64,000 nucleotides of DNA. Source: Truepera sp. Its GTDB lineage: Bacteria; Deinococcota; Deinococci; Deinococcales; Trueperaceae. The DNA is taken from contig CBDCKW010000009.1 in assembly GCA_965218435.1 (NCBI GenBank), forward strand, positions 3,232,001-3,296,000, read 5' to 3'. The stretch's first letter is position 1; the number at the start of each line of letters is the position of its first letter. A model generated the notes under the pieces. The model was given only the letters and a program-made list of their open reading frames with translations, had not been told where the DNA came from and did not search any database. This document shows positions 29,035-38,423 of the stretch, one piece after another. Made by a program: the position numbers and the translations under genes.

Positions 29035-30552
29035 ATGGCAGCGATTTACCAACGTGCGAGACCGATTACGTTTGCTCAAGTCATCGGTCAAGAACACGTC
29101 AAAGCGCCCTTGCAAGCGGCACTTTCTCGGGGCCGTATCGGTCATGCGTATCTGTTTTCCGGGCCTCGAGGCGTCGGTAAAACGACAACGGCAAGACTCT
29201 TGGCAATGGCGGTCAACTGCGAACGAGACGAGAAGCCGTGCGGAGAGTGCGAGTCGTGCCTGCTCGTGCGACAGGGAAATCACCCGGACGTGACTGAACT
29301 CGACGCGGCGAGTAACAACTCGGTTGAAGACATCCGCGATTTACGCGAGAAGGTCTATTTGTCCTCGGTACGGGGCGGGCGGCGGGTATGGGTCTTAGAC
29401 GAAGCACACATGCTCTCAAAATCGGCGTCGAACGCGCTCTTGAAAACGCTCGAGGAACCCCCCGAAGGTCTCGTTTTTGTGTTAGCCACAACCGAACCGG
29501 AAAAGTTGCCACCGACGATTTTGTCGCGGACGCAGCACTTCCGCTTTCGGCGGCTTTCTGAAGGGGAGATTGAGAGTAAGTTGGGGCATCTAACGCAGGA
29601 AGCCAAAGTTGAGGCTGAACCCGGCGCATTGGCCCTCGTCGCCCGCGCCGCTGACGGTGCGATGCGGGACGCCGAATCGTTGCTCGAGCGTCTTTTGGCA
29701 AGTGGCGCGACGATTACGCTCAAAGACACCGAACGCGCCCTCGGTCTGCCGCCGCAGACCCGTATGCAGACGCTTGCTCGTTCTCTGGCTGAACGCGACC
29801 TAAACACCATGCTCGGCGAAGCGAGCGCCCTGTACCGCGACGGGTTTGCGCCGCGTAGTCTGGCCGAACGCCTGACGCTCGAGCTTAGAAATGCGCTCTA
29901 TACGCAAGTTGGCCTCGATGAAGGCTTTTCGCTGACGCTGAGCGAAGACGACCTGCTCCGCACAATTCACGCCCTTGATGATGAGATGGAGCGGTTTGTC
30001 CGTTACGACGACCTGTTTTCGCTCGAGGTCGCCCTGATCAAAGCCGTCAACGCGTTGTCTCAAAACGTGCCCCGCCCGGTTATGGATTCAGCAGCCTCTG
30101 AAGACGTGCAGCCTGCACCGTCTCAGCCTAGACCCCAACCTGCACCTCGCCCCACCCCCCCAGCCTCAACGAACGGCCTTCCCGATTTCGACCCGACAGG
30201 CCGCCCCGCCCCGGTTCGCTCACCCCCTGCGGACGCACAACCCACAAGCACGCCTACACCGGCAGAGCCCATCCCACCTTCTACGCCGGCCACCAAACCC
30301 GACCGCTCCAAAGCCTCGTGGCACACCGTGCAGAGCCGCGCCGGAACGCAGCTTAAGGCGTTTATGCTGCCTGCCAAAGCCGACATCGAAGGGTCAGACA
30401 TCTTTTTGCGTTTTGCCGACACCCACAAGTTTCACTTTACGCAGCTTAAAACTCGGCAAGACGAACTCGCCACGCTGGTTAAAGACGTTCTGGGTGACGG
30501 GTATACGCTGCACCTCGAGGGACCGGGGGAACGCCTTACAAAAAAGTCGTAA
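29035..30552 (+). CDS. dnaX: DNA polymerase III gamma/tau, zero-frame product (505 aa)
   Basis: YQRARP, GPRGVGKT, Zn module, DAASN, DEAHML, NALLKTLEEPP and SRTQ. Confidence 0.97.
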   Translation: MAAIYQRARPITFAQVIGQEHVKAPLQAALSRGRIGHAYLFSGPRGVGKTTTARLLAMAVNCERDEKPCGECESCLLVRQGNHPDVTELDAASNNSVEDIRDLREKVYLSSVRGGRRVWVLDEAHMLSKSASNALLKTLEEPPEGLVFVLATTEPEKLPPTILSRTQHFRFRRLSEGEIESKLGHLTQEAKVEAEPGALALVARAADGAMRDAESLLERLLASGATITLKDTERALGLPPQTRMQTLARSLAERDLNTMLGEASALYRDGFAPRSLAERLTLELRNALYTQVGLDEGFSLTLSEDDLLRTIHALDDEMERFVRYDDLFSLEVALIKAVNALSQNVPRPVMDSAASEDVQPAPSQPRPQPAPRPTPPASTNGLPDFDPTGRPAPVRSPPADAQPTSTPTPAEPIPPSTPATKPDRSKASWHTVQSRAGTQLKAFMLPAKADIEGSDIFLRFADTHKFHFTQLKTRQDELATLVKDVLGDGYTLHLEGPGERLTKKS

Positions 30553-30575
30553 CGGAGCGCCCAGGGGCCGCTCCG
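30525..30575 (+). promoter_or_regulatory. -1 programmed ribosomal frameshift cassette
   Basis: In-frame A AAA AAG at 30540-30546, SD-like GGGGGA at 30525-30530, and GC-rich hairpin CGGAGC-GCC-CAGG-GGC-C-GCTCCG at 30553-30575. Confidence 0.8.
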
Positions 30576-31112
30576 ACCACGCCCCCAACCAACGCACCGA
30601 CTCAACCGGCAAAACAACCCAAACCTGAGAAGCCGGAACCCGTAGCGGACGTAGCACCACCGGTCGCACAATCTACCCTGGAGCCCAGCCCCGCGCACAC
30701 GCCGCTGATGCCTCCTCCTGGTGTCCAGTCAAACGGCACCGTAAACGCACCGCCCCACACACCCGACGAAACCGCGCCGCTGCCACCCGAACCGTTTGCC
30801 CACGAACTGCCGCCAGACTTTTGGGGCGACGACCCTGTCCTCCGCGAAGTGCCTCAACATGCGCCGGACACCTATACTGACGCCGTACCCGCACACATCG
30901 TTTCAGAACAGGCGCAATCAGCACAGGTAAAACCGCTGACAGGTCCCTTACAACGTGACCCCCGCTTCGTCTTACTAACCGAGCTGTTTCCGGGCCAGGT
31001 TACCGATTGGCAGAGCGCCGAAGCTGCCGCTGCACCCGCCCCAGATGACGCCGACGGAGGGCCTGAAACGGTAGACTTAGAAGAAGGTTTGGACGCTGAC
31101 GAGCCCGATTAG
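30546..31112 (+). CDS. dnaX: -1 frame extension of dnaX (tau C-terminal part)
   Basis: Stop-free from 30546 and in frame with ORF 30708-31112. Pro-rich linker followed by DPRFVLLTELFPGQV, resembling tau C-termini. Confidence 0.8.
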   Translation, partial: VVTERPGAAPTTPPTNAPTQPAKQPKPEKPEPVADVAPPVAQSTLEPSPAHTPLMPPPGVQSNGTVNAPPHTPDETAPLPPEPFAHELPPDFWGDDPVLREVPQHAPDTYTDAVPAHIVSEQAQSAQVKPLTGPLQRDPRFVLLTELFPGQVTDWQSAEAAAAPAPDDADGGPETVDLEEGLDADEPD

Positions 31113-31224
31113 ACTCACTACCGCAGGTATCATCCGGAAATGGACGCAACCACTTTCAGCTGAGCTGTCTAACACGCACATACTATAATGCACGTAGTCC
31201 CTCAACGCTTAAAAGGAGCTTTTT

Positions 31225-31536
31225 ATGAACATGCAAAAACTGATGAAAGAAGCGCAAAAAGCGCAAAAAAAGATGCAAGAAGCGCAGGAGCGGTTAGCGA
31301 ACTTGTCGGTCACCGGCAGTGCAGGCGGCGGCTTGGTTACGGCGACCGCTTCGGGTGACGGTGCAATTACCGCGGTCAAGATCGACCCCGGCACCGTTGA
31401 CCCTGAAGACGTCGAGCTCTTAGAAGACCTCGTGATGGCGGCGGTCAACGACGCGCAGCGCAAAGCCAAAGAGCTGCAAGAGACCGAGATGGGCGCGGCG
31501 ATGGGCGGTATGGGCGGCCTCGGGGGGATGTTCTAA
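31225..31536 (+). CDS. ybaB: YbaB/EbfC nucleoid-associated protein
   Basis: GSAGGGLV and DVELLEDLVMAAVNDA, in the conserved dnaX-ybaB-recR order. Confidence 0.95.
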   Translation: MNMQKLMKEAQKAQKKMQEAQERLANLSVTGSAGGGLVTATASGDGAITAVKIDPGTVDPEDVELLEDLVMAAVNDAQRKAKELQETEMGAAMGGMGGLGGMF

Positions 31537-31539
31537 AGC

Positions 31540-32130
31540 TTGAAATATCCACCCGCTCTAACCCAGCTTATCCGCGAGCTGGGGCGACTGCCCGGTATCG
31601 GCCCGAAAAGTGCCCAGCGGCTCGCGTTTCACCTTTTTAATCGGCCCGACGACGAAGTGCGTGGTCTCGCTGAGGCGCTCTTAAACGCGAAGGGCAGTTT
31701 ACGGCAGTGTGAAGTCTGCTTTAATATCACCGACACAGAGCGGTGCGCCGTCTGTACCGACGCGCAGCGTGAACAGAGCCTCATCTGCGTGGTTGAAGAA
31801 CCCGCAGATTTGTTAGCCATTGAACGCTCCGGTGAGTATGACGGGCTCTATCACGTGCTGCACGGCGCACTTTCGCCGATGAACGGCGTGGGGCCGGATC
31901 AGCTGACGATTCAGCCCCTTTTGACGCGCCTTAAAGACGTTGACGAGGTCATCTTAGCAACCGCGACGACCGTCGAGGGTGAAGCAACGGCGATGTACTT
32001 AGCGCGGATGCTTGGCGAGATAAAGGTTCCGACCTCACGTATAGCTTACGGATTGCCCGTCGGGGGCGATCTCGAGTACGCCGACGAAGTAACCTTGGGC
32101 CGCGCCATCAGCAACCGCCGCAGGTTATAG
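31540..32130 (+). CDS. recR: Recombination mediator RecR
   Basis: LPGIGPKSAQRLAF, C4 Zn finger, YHVLHG and EYADEVTL. Confidence 0.97.
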   Translation: MKYPPALTQLIRELGRLPGIGPKSAQRLAFHLFNRPDDEVRGLAEALLNAKGSLRQCEVCFNITDTERCAVCTDAQREQSLICVVEEPADLLAIERSGEYDGLYHVLHGALSPMNGVGPDQLTIQPLLTRLKDVDEVILATATTVEGEATAMYLARMLGEIKVPTSRIAYGLPVGGDLEYADEVTLGRAISNRRRL

Positions 32131-32192
32131 GCTGCGGCTATCAATGTACTGTAAACACGTCTGGAGTTTGCGGCAGCGTGTATAACACCTCA

Positions 32193-32220
32193 TTGACATC
32201 AGCTGGGCACTCTATATAAT
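32193..32220 (+). promoter_or_regulatory. Near-consensus sigma-A promoter of topA
   Basis: TTGACA-N16-TATAAT. Confidence 0.75.
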
Positions 32221-32273
32221 GGCGTGCTTAAGCGTACTTTACTTATTAGGTACGCAGAATCTTAGGAGGCACG

Positions 32274-35216
32274 GTGAGTCAGGCACAAAAAAGAAGCGTT
32301 AGAGGGGGTGGACTGCGCCGACTTGTCATCGTCGAGTCGCCGACGAAGGCCAAGACCATCCGGCGTTTTTTGGGGCCGTCTTACCGTGTTGAGGCTTCGA
32401 TGGGCCACGTGCGCGACCTGCCCGCCTCCGCCGCCGAAATTCCCAGCAGCTATAAAGACCAGGCGTGGGCGCGACTCGGTATCAACGACCGCTTTGAGCC
32501 CATCTATATCGTCCCGGCAAAGAAGAAAAAAGTCGTCAGCGAGCTTAGAGCTGCGCTTAGAGACGCCGACGAACTCTATATAGCCACCGACGAAGACCGC
32601 GAGGGTGAGTCGATTGGCTGGCACTTGGTCGAGGTCTTAAACCCCAAGGTGCCGGTACACCGGATGGTCTTTCACGAAATCACTGAAGACGCCATCCTCC
32701 GGGCGCTGGGCGAAACTAGAGCGATTGACCAGCATTTAGTAGACGCGCAGGAGACGCGGCGGGTGCTAGACCGTTTGGTGGGTTACACACTCTCGCCCTT
32801 ATTGTGGAAAAAAGTTGCGCCGAAACTCTCGGCGGGGCGGGTGCAGAGCGTGGCGGTACGGCTCATGGTCTTACGCGAACGTGAACGCATCGCGTTTGTC
32901 CCCGCGAGCTATTGGGATTTGAAGGCAAGGCTCGAGAAAAATCAGTACGCCTTCGACGCTGTGATGACGCACTTGGGCGGCGTCCGGTTGGCCACGGGCC
33001 GCGACTTTGACGACGACACCGGCAAGCTCAAAGCGGGTCTGACGGCGGGTAAAGACATTTTGCTGCTCGGTCAAGCTGACGCCAAAGGTTTGGCAGATCG
33101 CCTTAAAAGCCAAGCTTGGCACGTCCATAAGGTCGAAGAACGCACCGGCAAACGCTCTCCAGCGGCTCCCTTTACCACCTCGACCTTGCAACAAGAGGCG
33201 AGCCGCAAACTTGGGTTATCCGCTAAGGAGACGATGCGCCTCGCGCAAGGGTTGTACGAAAACGGCTACATCACCTATATGCGTACCGATTCAACCAACC
33301 TCGCGTCCGAGGCGGTCAACGGGGCGCGGCGGGCGGTCGAGACGCGTTACGGCAAAGAGTATCTGAGCCCGAGCCCGCGTTCGTATAACAAAAAGGCCAA
33401 AAACGCGCAAGAGGCGCACGAGGCGATTCGGCCGGCGGGCGGCGACATGAAAACACAAGCGGAGCACGGTCTGGCGGGGCTCGAGGGCCGTCTGTACGAC
33501 CTCATCTGGAAACGCACCGTCGCCACGCAGATGGCCGACGCCGTGCTCAGATTTGTCACTGCGCGGATTCACGTCGGTGAGGGCAAAGCGCAAGCCGAGT
33601 TTCGGGCTTCGGGCCGCACCACCGTCTTCGCTGGCTTTTTCCGCGCCTACGTCGAAGGGTCGGACGATCCTAACGCGGCGTTAGACGACCAAGAGCAACC
33701 GCTTCCTGATCTGCAAGAACAAGACCCGCTCAACTGTAAAAATCTGGACGCGCTCGGTCACGAGACAAAACCGCCCGCCCGTTTTACCGAAGCGTCTTTG
33801 GTCAAACTTTTAGAACAAGAGGGCATAGGGCGACCGAGCACCTACGCGAGCATCATTGATACGGTCATCAACCGGGGCTACGCCCGCAAAAACGGTTCAC
33901 AGCTCGTCCCGACGTTTACCGCGTTTGCGACAAATAACTTGTTAGAGAAACAGTTTGCACAGTTAGTAGACACCGGGTTTACCGCGCAGATGGAAGACGT
34001 GTTAGACGACATCGCGGCGGGTGACCTCGAGGCTGAACCTTACCTCGAGCGCTTTTACCGGGGGCAAGAAGGGTTAGAAGCTCGGACGCAAACGAGCCTC
34101 GCCGAGGTAGACGCTAAAGCCATCTCGACCCTGCACTTCCCCAAATGGGGCGATTATCTGGTGCGCGTCGGGCGTTTTGGGCCGTACGCCGAGGGTGTGA
34201 TAGACGGCGAAACCGTCACCACGTCGCTGCCAGCAGACCTGCCACCTGATGAAATAACGAAGGAATACCTCGAGAAAGCCCTTACAGAAGGCAACGCCGC
34301 CGACAACGTGGTCGGCGCGTTTCCCGAAACCGGCGAGGTGATGATCTTAAAATCCGGTCCTTACGGGCCGTATGTGCAGCTCGGGGACGACGAGCAAGCG
34401 GGCAAACCCAAACGCACGTCGCTCCCGCGCGGGCTCGAGCCGAGCGCCGTCACGCAGGAACTGGCTGCCGGTCTGCTATCCTTGCCGCGCACATTGGGCC
34501 AGCACCCGGATACCGGGAAAGACGTGCAAGCTGCCATCGGCCGCTTCGGGCCGTATGTCAAACACGGCAGCACCTTTGCGTCTTTGCCCAAAGAGGACGA
34601 TGTGCTCAGCGTCGCCTTACCGAGAGCGTTAGACCTCATCACCAAAAAAGAGTTTAAGAATAAGCCGCTCCGCGTATTGGGTGAGCACCCCGAAACCGGT
34701 GAAGACGTCGAGCTGCGTGACGGGCGTTATGGGCCGTATGTTAAACATCAAAAGACGAACGCGTCTTTGACTACGCAGGAGCCGGACACGGTGACGCTAG
34801 ATGAGGCGTTGGGGCTGCTGGCCGAACGCGAACGGACGCACCCAACGAAGAAGGTAACCGGGACGAAAGCTGCCAAAAAATCTACAGGCAAAAAGAAAGC
34901 AGCTCCTAAAAAAGCCGGGGCGAAGACCGCTAAAAAATCCGCAGCTAAAAAATCCGCCAAGAAACCCGCCGGACCCAAAGCCACCCCACGTCAGCTCGAG
35001 CCCTTTTTAGGCGACTTAGACCCCGAAGTGGCCGAGGTGGTGGTGAAGCTCGAGGGGATGCGCGGCGAGCGTGCCCAGGACATCGCCACCGTTGCCGACA
35101 GCGTCGGCATGTCTGAAGAAGGCGTTAAAGCAGCGCACAAACGCGGGATGTTCAAATTGCGAATGGCGTTTGGGCGGGCACGTAAAGACGCCGAAAACGC
35201 GCCCGTTGCCGCGTAG
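32274..35216 (+). CDS. topA: DNA topoisomerase I with C-terminal repeats, Lys-rich stretch and terminal HTH-like domain
   Basis: IVESPTK, DEDREGE, SAGRVQ, ITYMRTDS, QEAHEAIRP and GRPSTY, plus four GR/PFGPY-type repeats. Confidence 0.97.
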   Translation: MSQAQKRSVRGGGLRRLVIVESPTKAKTIRRFLGPSYRVEASMGHVRDLPASAAEIPSSYKDQAWARLGINDRFEPIYIVPAKKKKVVSELRAALRDADELYIATDEDREGESIGWHLVEVLNPKVPVHRMVFHEITEDAILRALGETRAIDQHLVDAQETRRVLDRLVGYTLSPLLWKKVAPKLSAGRVQSVAVRLMVLRERERIAFVPASYWDLKARLEKNQYAFDAVMTHLGGVRLATGRDFDDDTGKLKAGLTAGKDILLLGQADAKGLADRLKSQAWHVHKVEERTGKRSPAAPFTTSTLQQEASRKLGLSAKETMRLAQGLYENGYITYMRTDSTNLASEAVNGARRAVETRYGKEYLSPSPRSYNKKAKNAQEAHEAIRPAGGDMKTQAEHGLAGLEGRLYDLIWKRTVATQMADAVLRFVTARIHVGEGKAQAEFRASGRTTVFAGFFRAYVEGSDDPNAALDDQEQPLPDLQEQDPLNCKNLDALGHETKPPARFTEASLVKLLEQEGIGRPSTYASIIDTVINRGYARKNGSQLVPTFTAFATNNLLEKQFAQLVDTGFTAQMEDVLDDIAAGDLEAEPYLERFYRGQEGLEARTQTSLAEVDAKAISTLHFPKWGDYLVRVGRFGPYAEGVIDGETVTTSLPADLPPDEITKEYLEKALTEGNAADNVVGAFPETGEVMILKSGPYGPYVQLGDDEQAGKPKRTSLPRGLEPSAVTQELAAGLLSLPRTLGQHPDTGKDVQAAIGRFGPYVKHGSTFASLPKEDDVLSVALPRALDLITKKEFKNKPLRVLGEHPETGEDVELRDGRYGPYVKHQKTNASLTTQEPDTVTLDEALGLLAERERTHPTKKVTGTKAAKKSTGKKKAAPKKAGAKTAKKSAAKKSAKKPAGPKATPRQLEPFLGDLDPEVAEVVVKLEGMRGERAQDIATVADSVGMSEEGVKAAHKRGMFKLRMAFGRARKDAENAPVAA

Positions 35217-35235
35217 GTCAAGTCAAGCAGCTACT

Positions 35236-35685
35236 ATGATGTCAATCCTCTTGGGTAGCTCATTTGCAATCATGACCTGCCTGATTGCACTGCTGCATTT
35301 TTACTGGGCAGTAGGTGGGCGTTTGGGCATGACTGCAGCGGTTCCTAGCAGGGGTAACAAACCTTTGTTTACACCAAGTCCTTTAGCAACGGCTTTTGTA
35401 GGTATTGCCCTGTTGCTCTCAGCTGTCGTGTCGCTTCAGTACATCAGAGTTTTAAGCTTACCTTTACCTCGGGGGCTGGTTTCGCCTTGCATGTGGAGTT
35501 TAGGTATCGTCTTTCTCGTTCGAGCTGTCGGTGACTTTAACTATGTTGGATTTTTCAAACGTCAACTGGGTACACGCTTTGCCAAGCTGGACAGCCGGTT
35601 TTACAGTCCTTTGTGTTTACTGTTAGCAACTCTGGTTTTTGGTGCTATTTATACCGTCCCTGCAGCTACTTCGCCGTTTAACTAG
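35236..35685 (+). CDS. DUF3995-like membrane protein
   Basis: LHFYWAVGG, RAVGDFNYVGFFK and D-x-x-FYSPLCL. Confidence 0.8.
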   Translation: MMSILLGSSFAIMTCLIALLHFYWAVGGRLGMTAAVPSRGNKPLFTPSPLATAFVGIALLLSAVVSLQYIRVLSLPLPRGLVSPCMWSLGIVFLVRAVGDFNYVGFFKRQLGTRFAKLDSRFYSPLCLLLATLVFGAIYTVPAATSPFN

Positions 35686-35746
35686 GTGTAGTAAAAGATT
35701 CGAACTCAGTGAGCATAACCGCTATAGCTGCTAGATTGAAGATGGT

Positions 35747-36025
35747 ATGAACGAGTCCGAACCGCTCAACCTCTTAAACCTCGCCAAAACTGAACCGGGT
35801 CGGGCGAAGAGCGCCTTAGCTGAGGGTCTTTCAGTGCAGGCACTAACCGAACCGTTGACGCTTAATCCAACCAAATTGTGGCTCTTGGTGCTCGAGGGTG
35901 AGCTCATCGTTGATTTGCCGCACGGCGACTTCCGCGTTCTTAAGGTCGGGGACAGCGTTTGGTTAGAGGGTCAGGTGACCCTGACCCCGCTGCAACAAAG
36001 CGTTTTTCTCTTTTCTGAAGATTAA
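35747..36025 (+). CDS. Small cupin-like protein
   Basis: VLEGELIVDL...LKVGDS beta-barrel pattern. Confidence 0.65.
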   Translation: MNESEPLNLLNLAKTEPGRAKSALAEGLSVQALTEPLTLNPTKLWLLVLEGELIVDLPHGDFRVLKVGDSVWLEGQVTLTPLQQSVFLFSED

Positions 36026-36034
36026 GTCGTTTCG

Positions 36035-37381
36035 TTACCTAGCCGGACGCAAGAATACCGGACCGGTAGCGTTGACCGCTTCTTCGTAACGCCGCTCGAG
36101 GCGGGCAAAGTCGGTCTCGAGCAAAACCTTTTTGCCGCCTTCACGGAGAAGTTCGGCTTCGTTTAGAAGGGCGCGGCGTAATTCGGTGTTGTCGGTACTG
36201 ACCAAAAGCGTGCCGATAATATCGAGCAAGTGCATCGAAACGAGCATATTGTCGGCGCTGAAGCGGCGAAACTCGCCCAGGGTGTCTTCAACCAAGTTAC
36301 CGAGGTCAATCTGCGGCAAGATGAGCCGGAGGCCGCCCGCTTCATCAAAACGGTGCGACGCGGGTGGTCTCCGCGAAACCATCAGGTGTAGTCCCTGCGC
36401 GATCCGGTCGGCGCAGCGCATCGCGGTCACCGCGTCGTTGACGCCCGGTGACAGCGCACGCAAGGCCATTTCTGAGAGCTGATCGAACAAAAAGTCTAGG
36501 TCGTGCGCGGGGGTACGGCGCGGTCCGAGTGTAAAAAAGTTTGATAGATGCTCGGTTTGGTCTTCCTCTAACACGTTTTTAGGCCACACGAGCGCAACGG
36601 GTTGATCGGACAGCAAAAAGGTACCGGGAAGTTGTAAGCACTGCACCGTCACATTGTGCTCGCCCGCAAAGTTGAGCAACCCGCCCTCGTCTAAGTTTTG
36701 TAGGTAACCGCTGCGGTGCTGCACCAAGGCGACCGCCTGTCCGGTCTGCGGGTCCAGCTCGCGCGGCGTCAGGGTCGCTGGCGCAGCCTCGTCTTCGGGA
36801 GCGGCTTCAGGGTAAAGCTGCCGAATCATTCCCATCAGGTCACCGGCAATCCGCGCGGTAATCGTCGAAGCTTGGATGGATTCGGCGGTGTGGTGGATAA
36901 AGTAGATAAATACCCCGACGTTCAAAAGTGCCAAAACGATAGCCAAGATAATAGACAAGTGCGGGACAAAGGCGGCAACGGTGTCGCTGTCGGTGTGGAT
37001 GGTGCGCAATACGAGCAGACAGTACACATAGGTCGAAACGAACGTGCCGAGCACAATCTGATTGCCCAGGTCGCGCATAAAGTTGCTCAGCAGGCGCGGG
37101 CCGAACTGCCCTGAAGTTAAGGACAACACCGCCAGCGTAATCGAAAAGGTCGTTCCGGCAACGGTAATCATCGAACTCGCTACCGTCGAGACGAGCGAAC
37201 GTGCGCCGTCGGGCTGATTGTAATAACCAAATCCCAGGTTACGAATCGTCTCTAGGCTCAGACTCTGGTCGAGCCGAATCATTAAGGCCGCCAGGACGAT
37301 GGCCCCAAAGGTCATGAGCGACGGCACGAACCAGTAACTCGCACGCAGTGAATCGAAGGTTTTACTCAGCCATTTACGCAT
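36035..37381 (-). CDS. DUF2254 membrane protein
   Basis: SYWFVP, SGQFGPRLL, LGTFVSTYVY, FIHH and ALRALSPGVND. Confidence 0.88.
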   Translation of the reverse strand: MRKWLSKTFDSLRASYWFVPSLMTFGAIVLAALMIRLDQSLSLETIRNLGFGYYNQPDGARSLVSTVASSMITVAGTTFSITLAVLSLTSGQFGPRLLSNFMRDLGNQIVLGTFVSTYVYCLLVLRTIHTDSDTVAAFVPHLSIILAIVLALLNVGVFIYFIHHTAESIQASTITARIAGDLMGMIRQLYPEAAPEDEAAPATLTPRELDPQTGQAVALVQHRSGYLQNLDEGGLLNFAGEHNVTVQCLQLPGTFLLSDQPVALVWPKNVLEEDQTEHLSNFFTLGPRRTPAHDLDFLFDQLSEMALRALSPGVNDAVTAMRCADRIAQGLHLMVSRRPPASHRFDEAGGLRLILPQIDLGNLVEDTLGEFRRFSADNMLVSMHLLDIIGTLLVSTDNTELRRALLNEAELLREGGKKVLLETDFARLERRYEEAVNATGPVFLRPAR

Positions 37382-38372
37382 CGTTATTTTTGCTCCCTGA
37401 TTTGGCTCCTGATCCGCCCAGCAATGCTTGGCGGGAGCGTGGCGCACCACCCGAACCACCCGGCCACCCCTCGCGCTGCTGCGTGCGGTCGCCATCTAGC
37501 TCTTCAGTCTGGTCGTGAAACAAAATCTGCTGGGTTGGGTACGGCAGATCAATCCCGTGCTCGTCGTAAAGCACCCGCTTGATGGCGCGGAGTACCTTGT
37601 CTTGCGCTGCCAGGGTGTCGGCCCGTTCCGAGCGTGCCCACCAGCGTACCCGCAGGGCGATGCTCGAGTCGTCAAACGACACCATCAAGACGTCGGGTGG
37701 GGGTTTTTGCAGTACCCCTTCGGTTTTTGACAGCAGCTCGAGCAAGAGGCGCGTCGCTTTCTCGAGGTCGTCCCCGTAGCCGATCCCGAGGTCGTACTCG
37801 AGCCGCCGCACCTTAAACGCCGTATTGACCGTCACCGAATCAATAAACAAGTTCGAGTTGGGAATCACCACGCGCCGCCCGTCGTAAGTGCGGATAAAGG
37901 TTGCCCGCGTTTCGATACTTTCAACGGTACCTTCAAACTCGTTACTGGTAATGATCTGGTCACCGACCCGGAACGGTTCACGCCAAAGGAGCAAAATCCC
38001 AGCGAAGTAGTTTTGCAAAATGTCCCGAAAGGCAAAACCGATGGCAACACCGCTGACGCCTAACGCGCTCAAGAGACTGCTCCCGTTGACCGTCGGAAAA
38101 GCGATGGCCATCCCTAACAAAAGTCCGGCGAGCAGCACCCCGAGCCGAGCCAGTCGGCTGACCGCTTTGCCGAAGCCGGTGCCACGCGTTGCCCGCAAAA
38201 TCAGCCGCCGTACGAGCCCGGAGAGAAAGTAAAACAACACGAAGACAGCTAGACCGACTAAAATACCCGGCAACAGCTGCAAAAAGCTCTTGTATATTTC
38301 GCCGAGTGCGCTCGTTGTCACCGTAACCTGGTTACCCACGGCGTCGGTCAGGTCATTTGCCGGGGCGCTCAA
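37374..38372 (-). CDS. mscS: Small-conductance mechanosensitive channel
   Basis: GFAFRDILQNYFAG, PFRVGD, IPNS and GIDLPYP. Confidence 0.92.
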   Translation of the reverse strand: MSAPANDLTDAVGNQVTVTTSALGEIYKSFLQLLPGILVGLAVFVLFYFLSGLVRRLILRATRGTGFGKAVSRLARLGVLLAGLLLGMAIAFPTVNGSSLLSALGVSGVAIGFAFRDILQNYFAGILLLWREPFRVGDQIITSNEFEGTVESIETRATFIRTYDGRRVVIPNSNLFIDSVTVNTAFKVRRLEYDLGIGYGDDLEKATRLLLELLSKTEGVLQKPPPDVLMVSFDDSSIALRVRWWARSERADTLAAQDKVLRAIKRVLYDEHGIDLPYPTQQILFHDQTEELDGDRTQQREGWPGGSGGAPRSRQALLGGSGAKSGSKNNDA

Positions 38373-38423
38373 CGGGTTCTCACTTTTTTTGGGTCTCGCT
38401 TCTGGGTTCTCACTTTTGGGCGC

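Noticed and set aside
30708..31112. Independent 134-aa gene after dnaX
   Set aside because: It has no SD and is better explained as the -1 frame continuation of dnaX.
32221..32260. DdrO-binding RDRM palindrome at the topA promoter
   Set aside because: It does not fit the 17-bp RDRM consensus and is only a short hairpin (GCGTAC/GTACGC).
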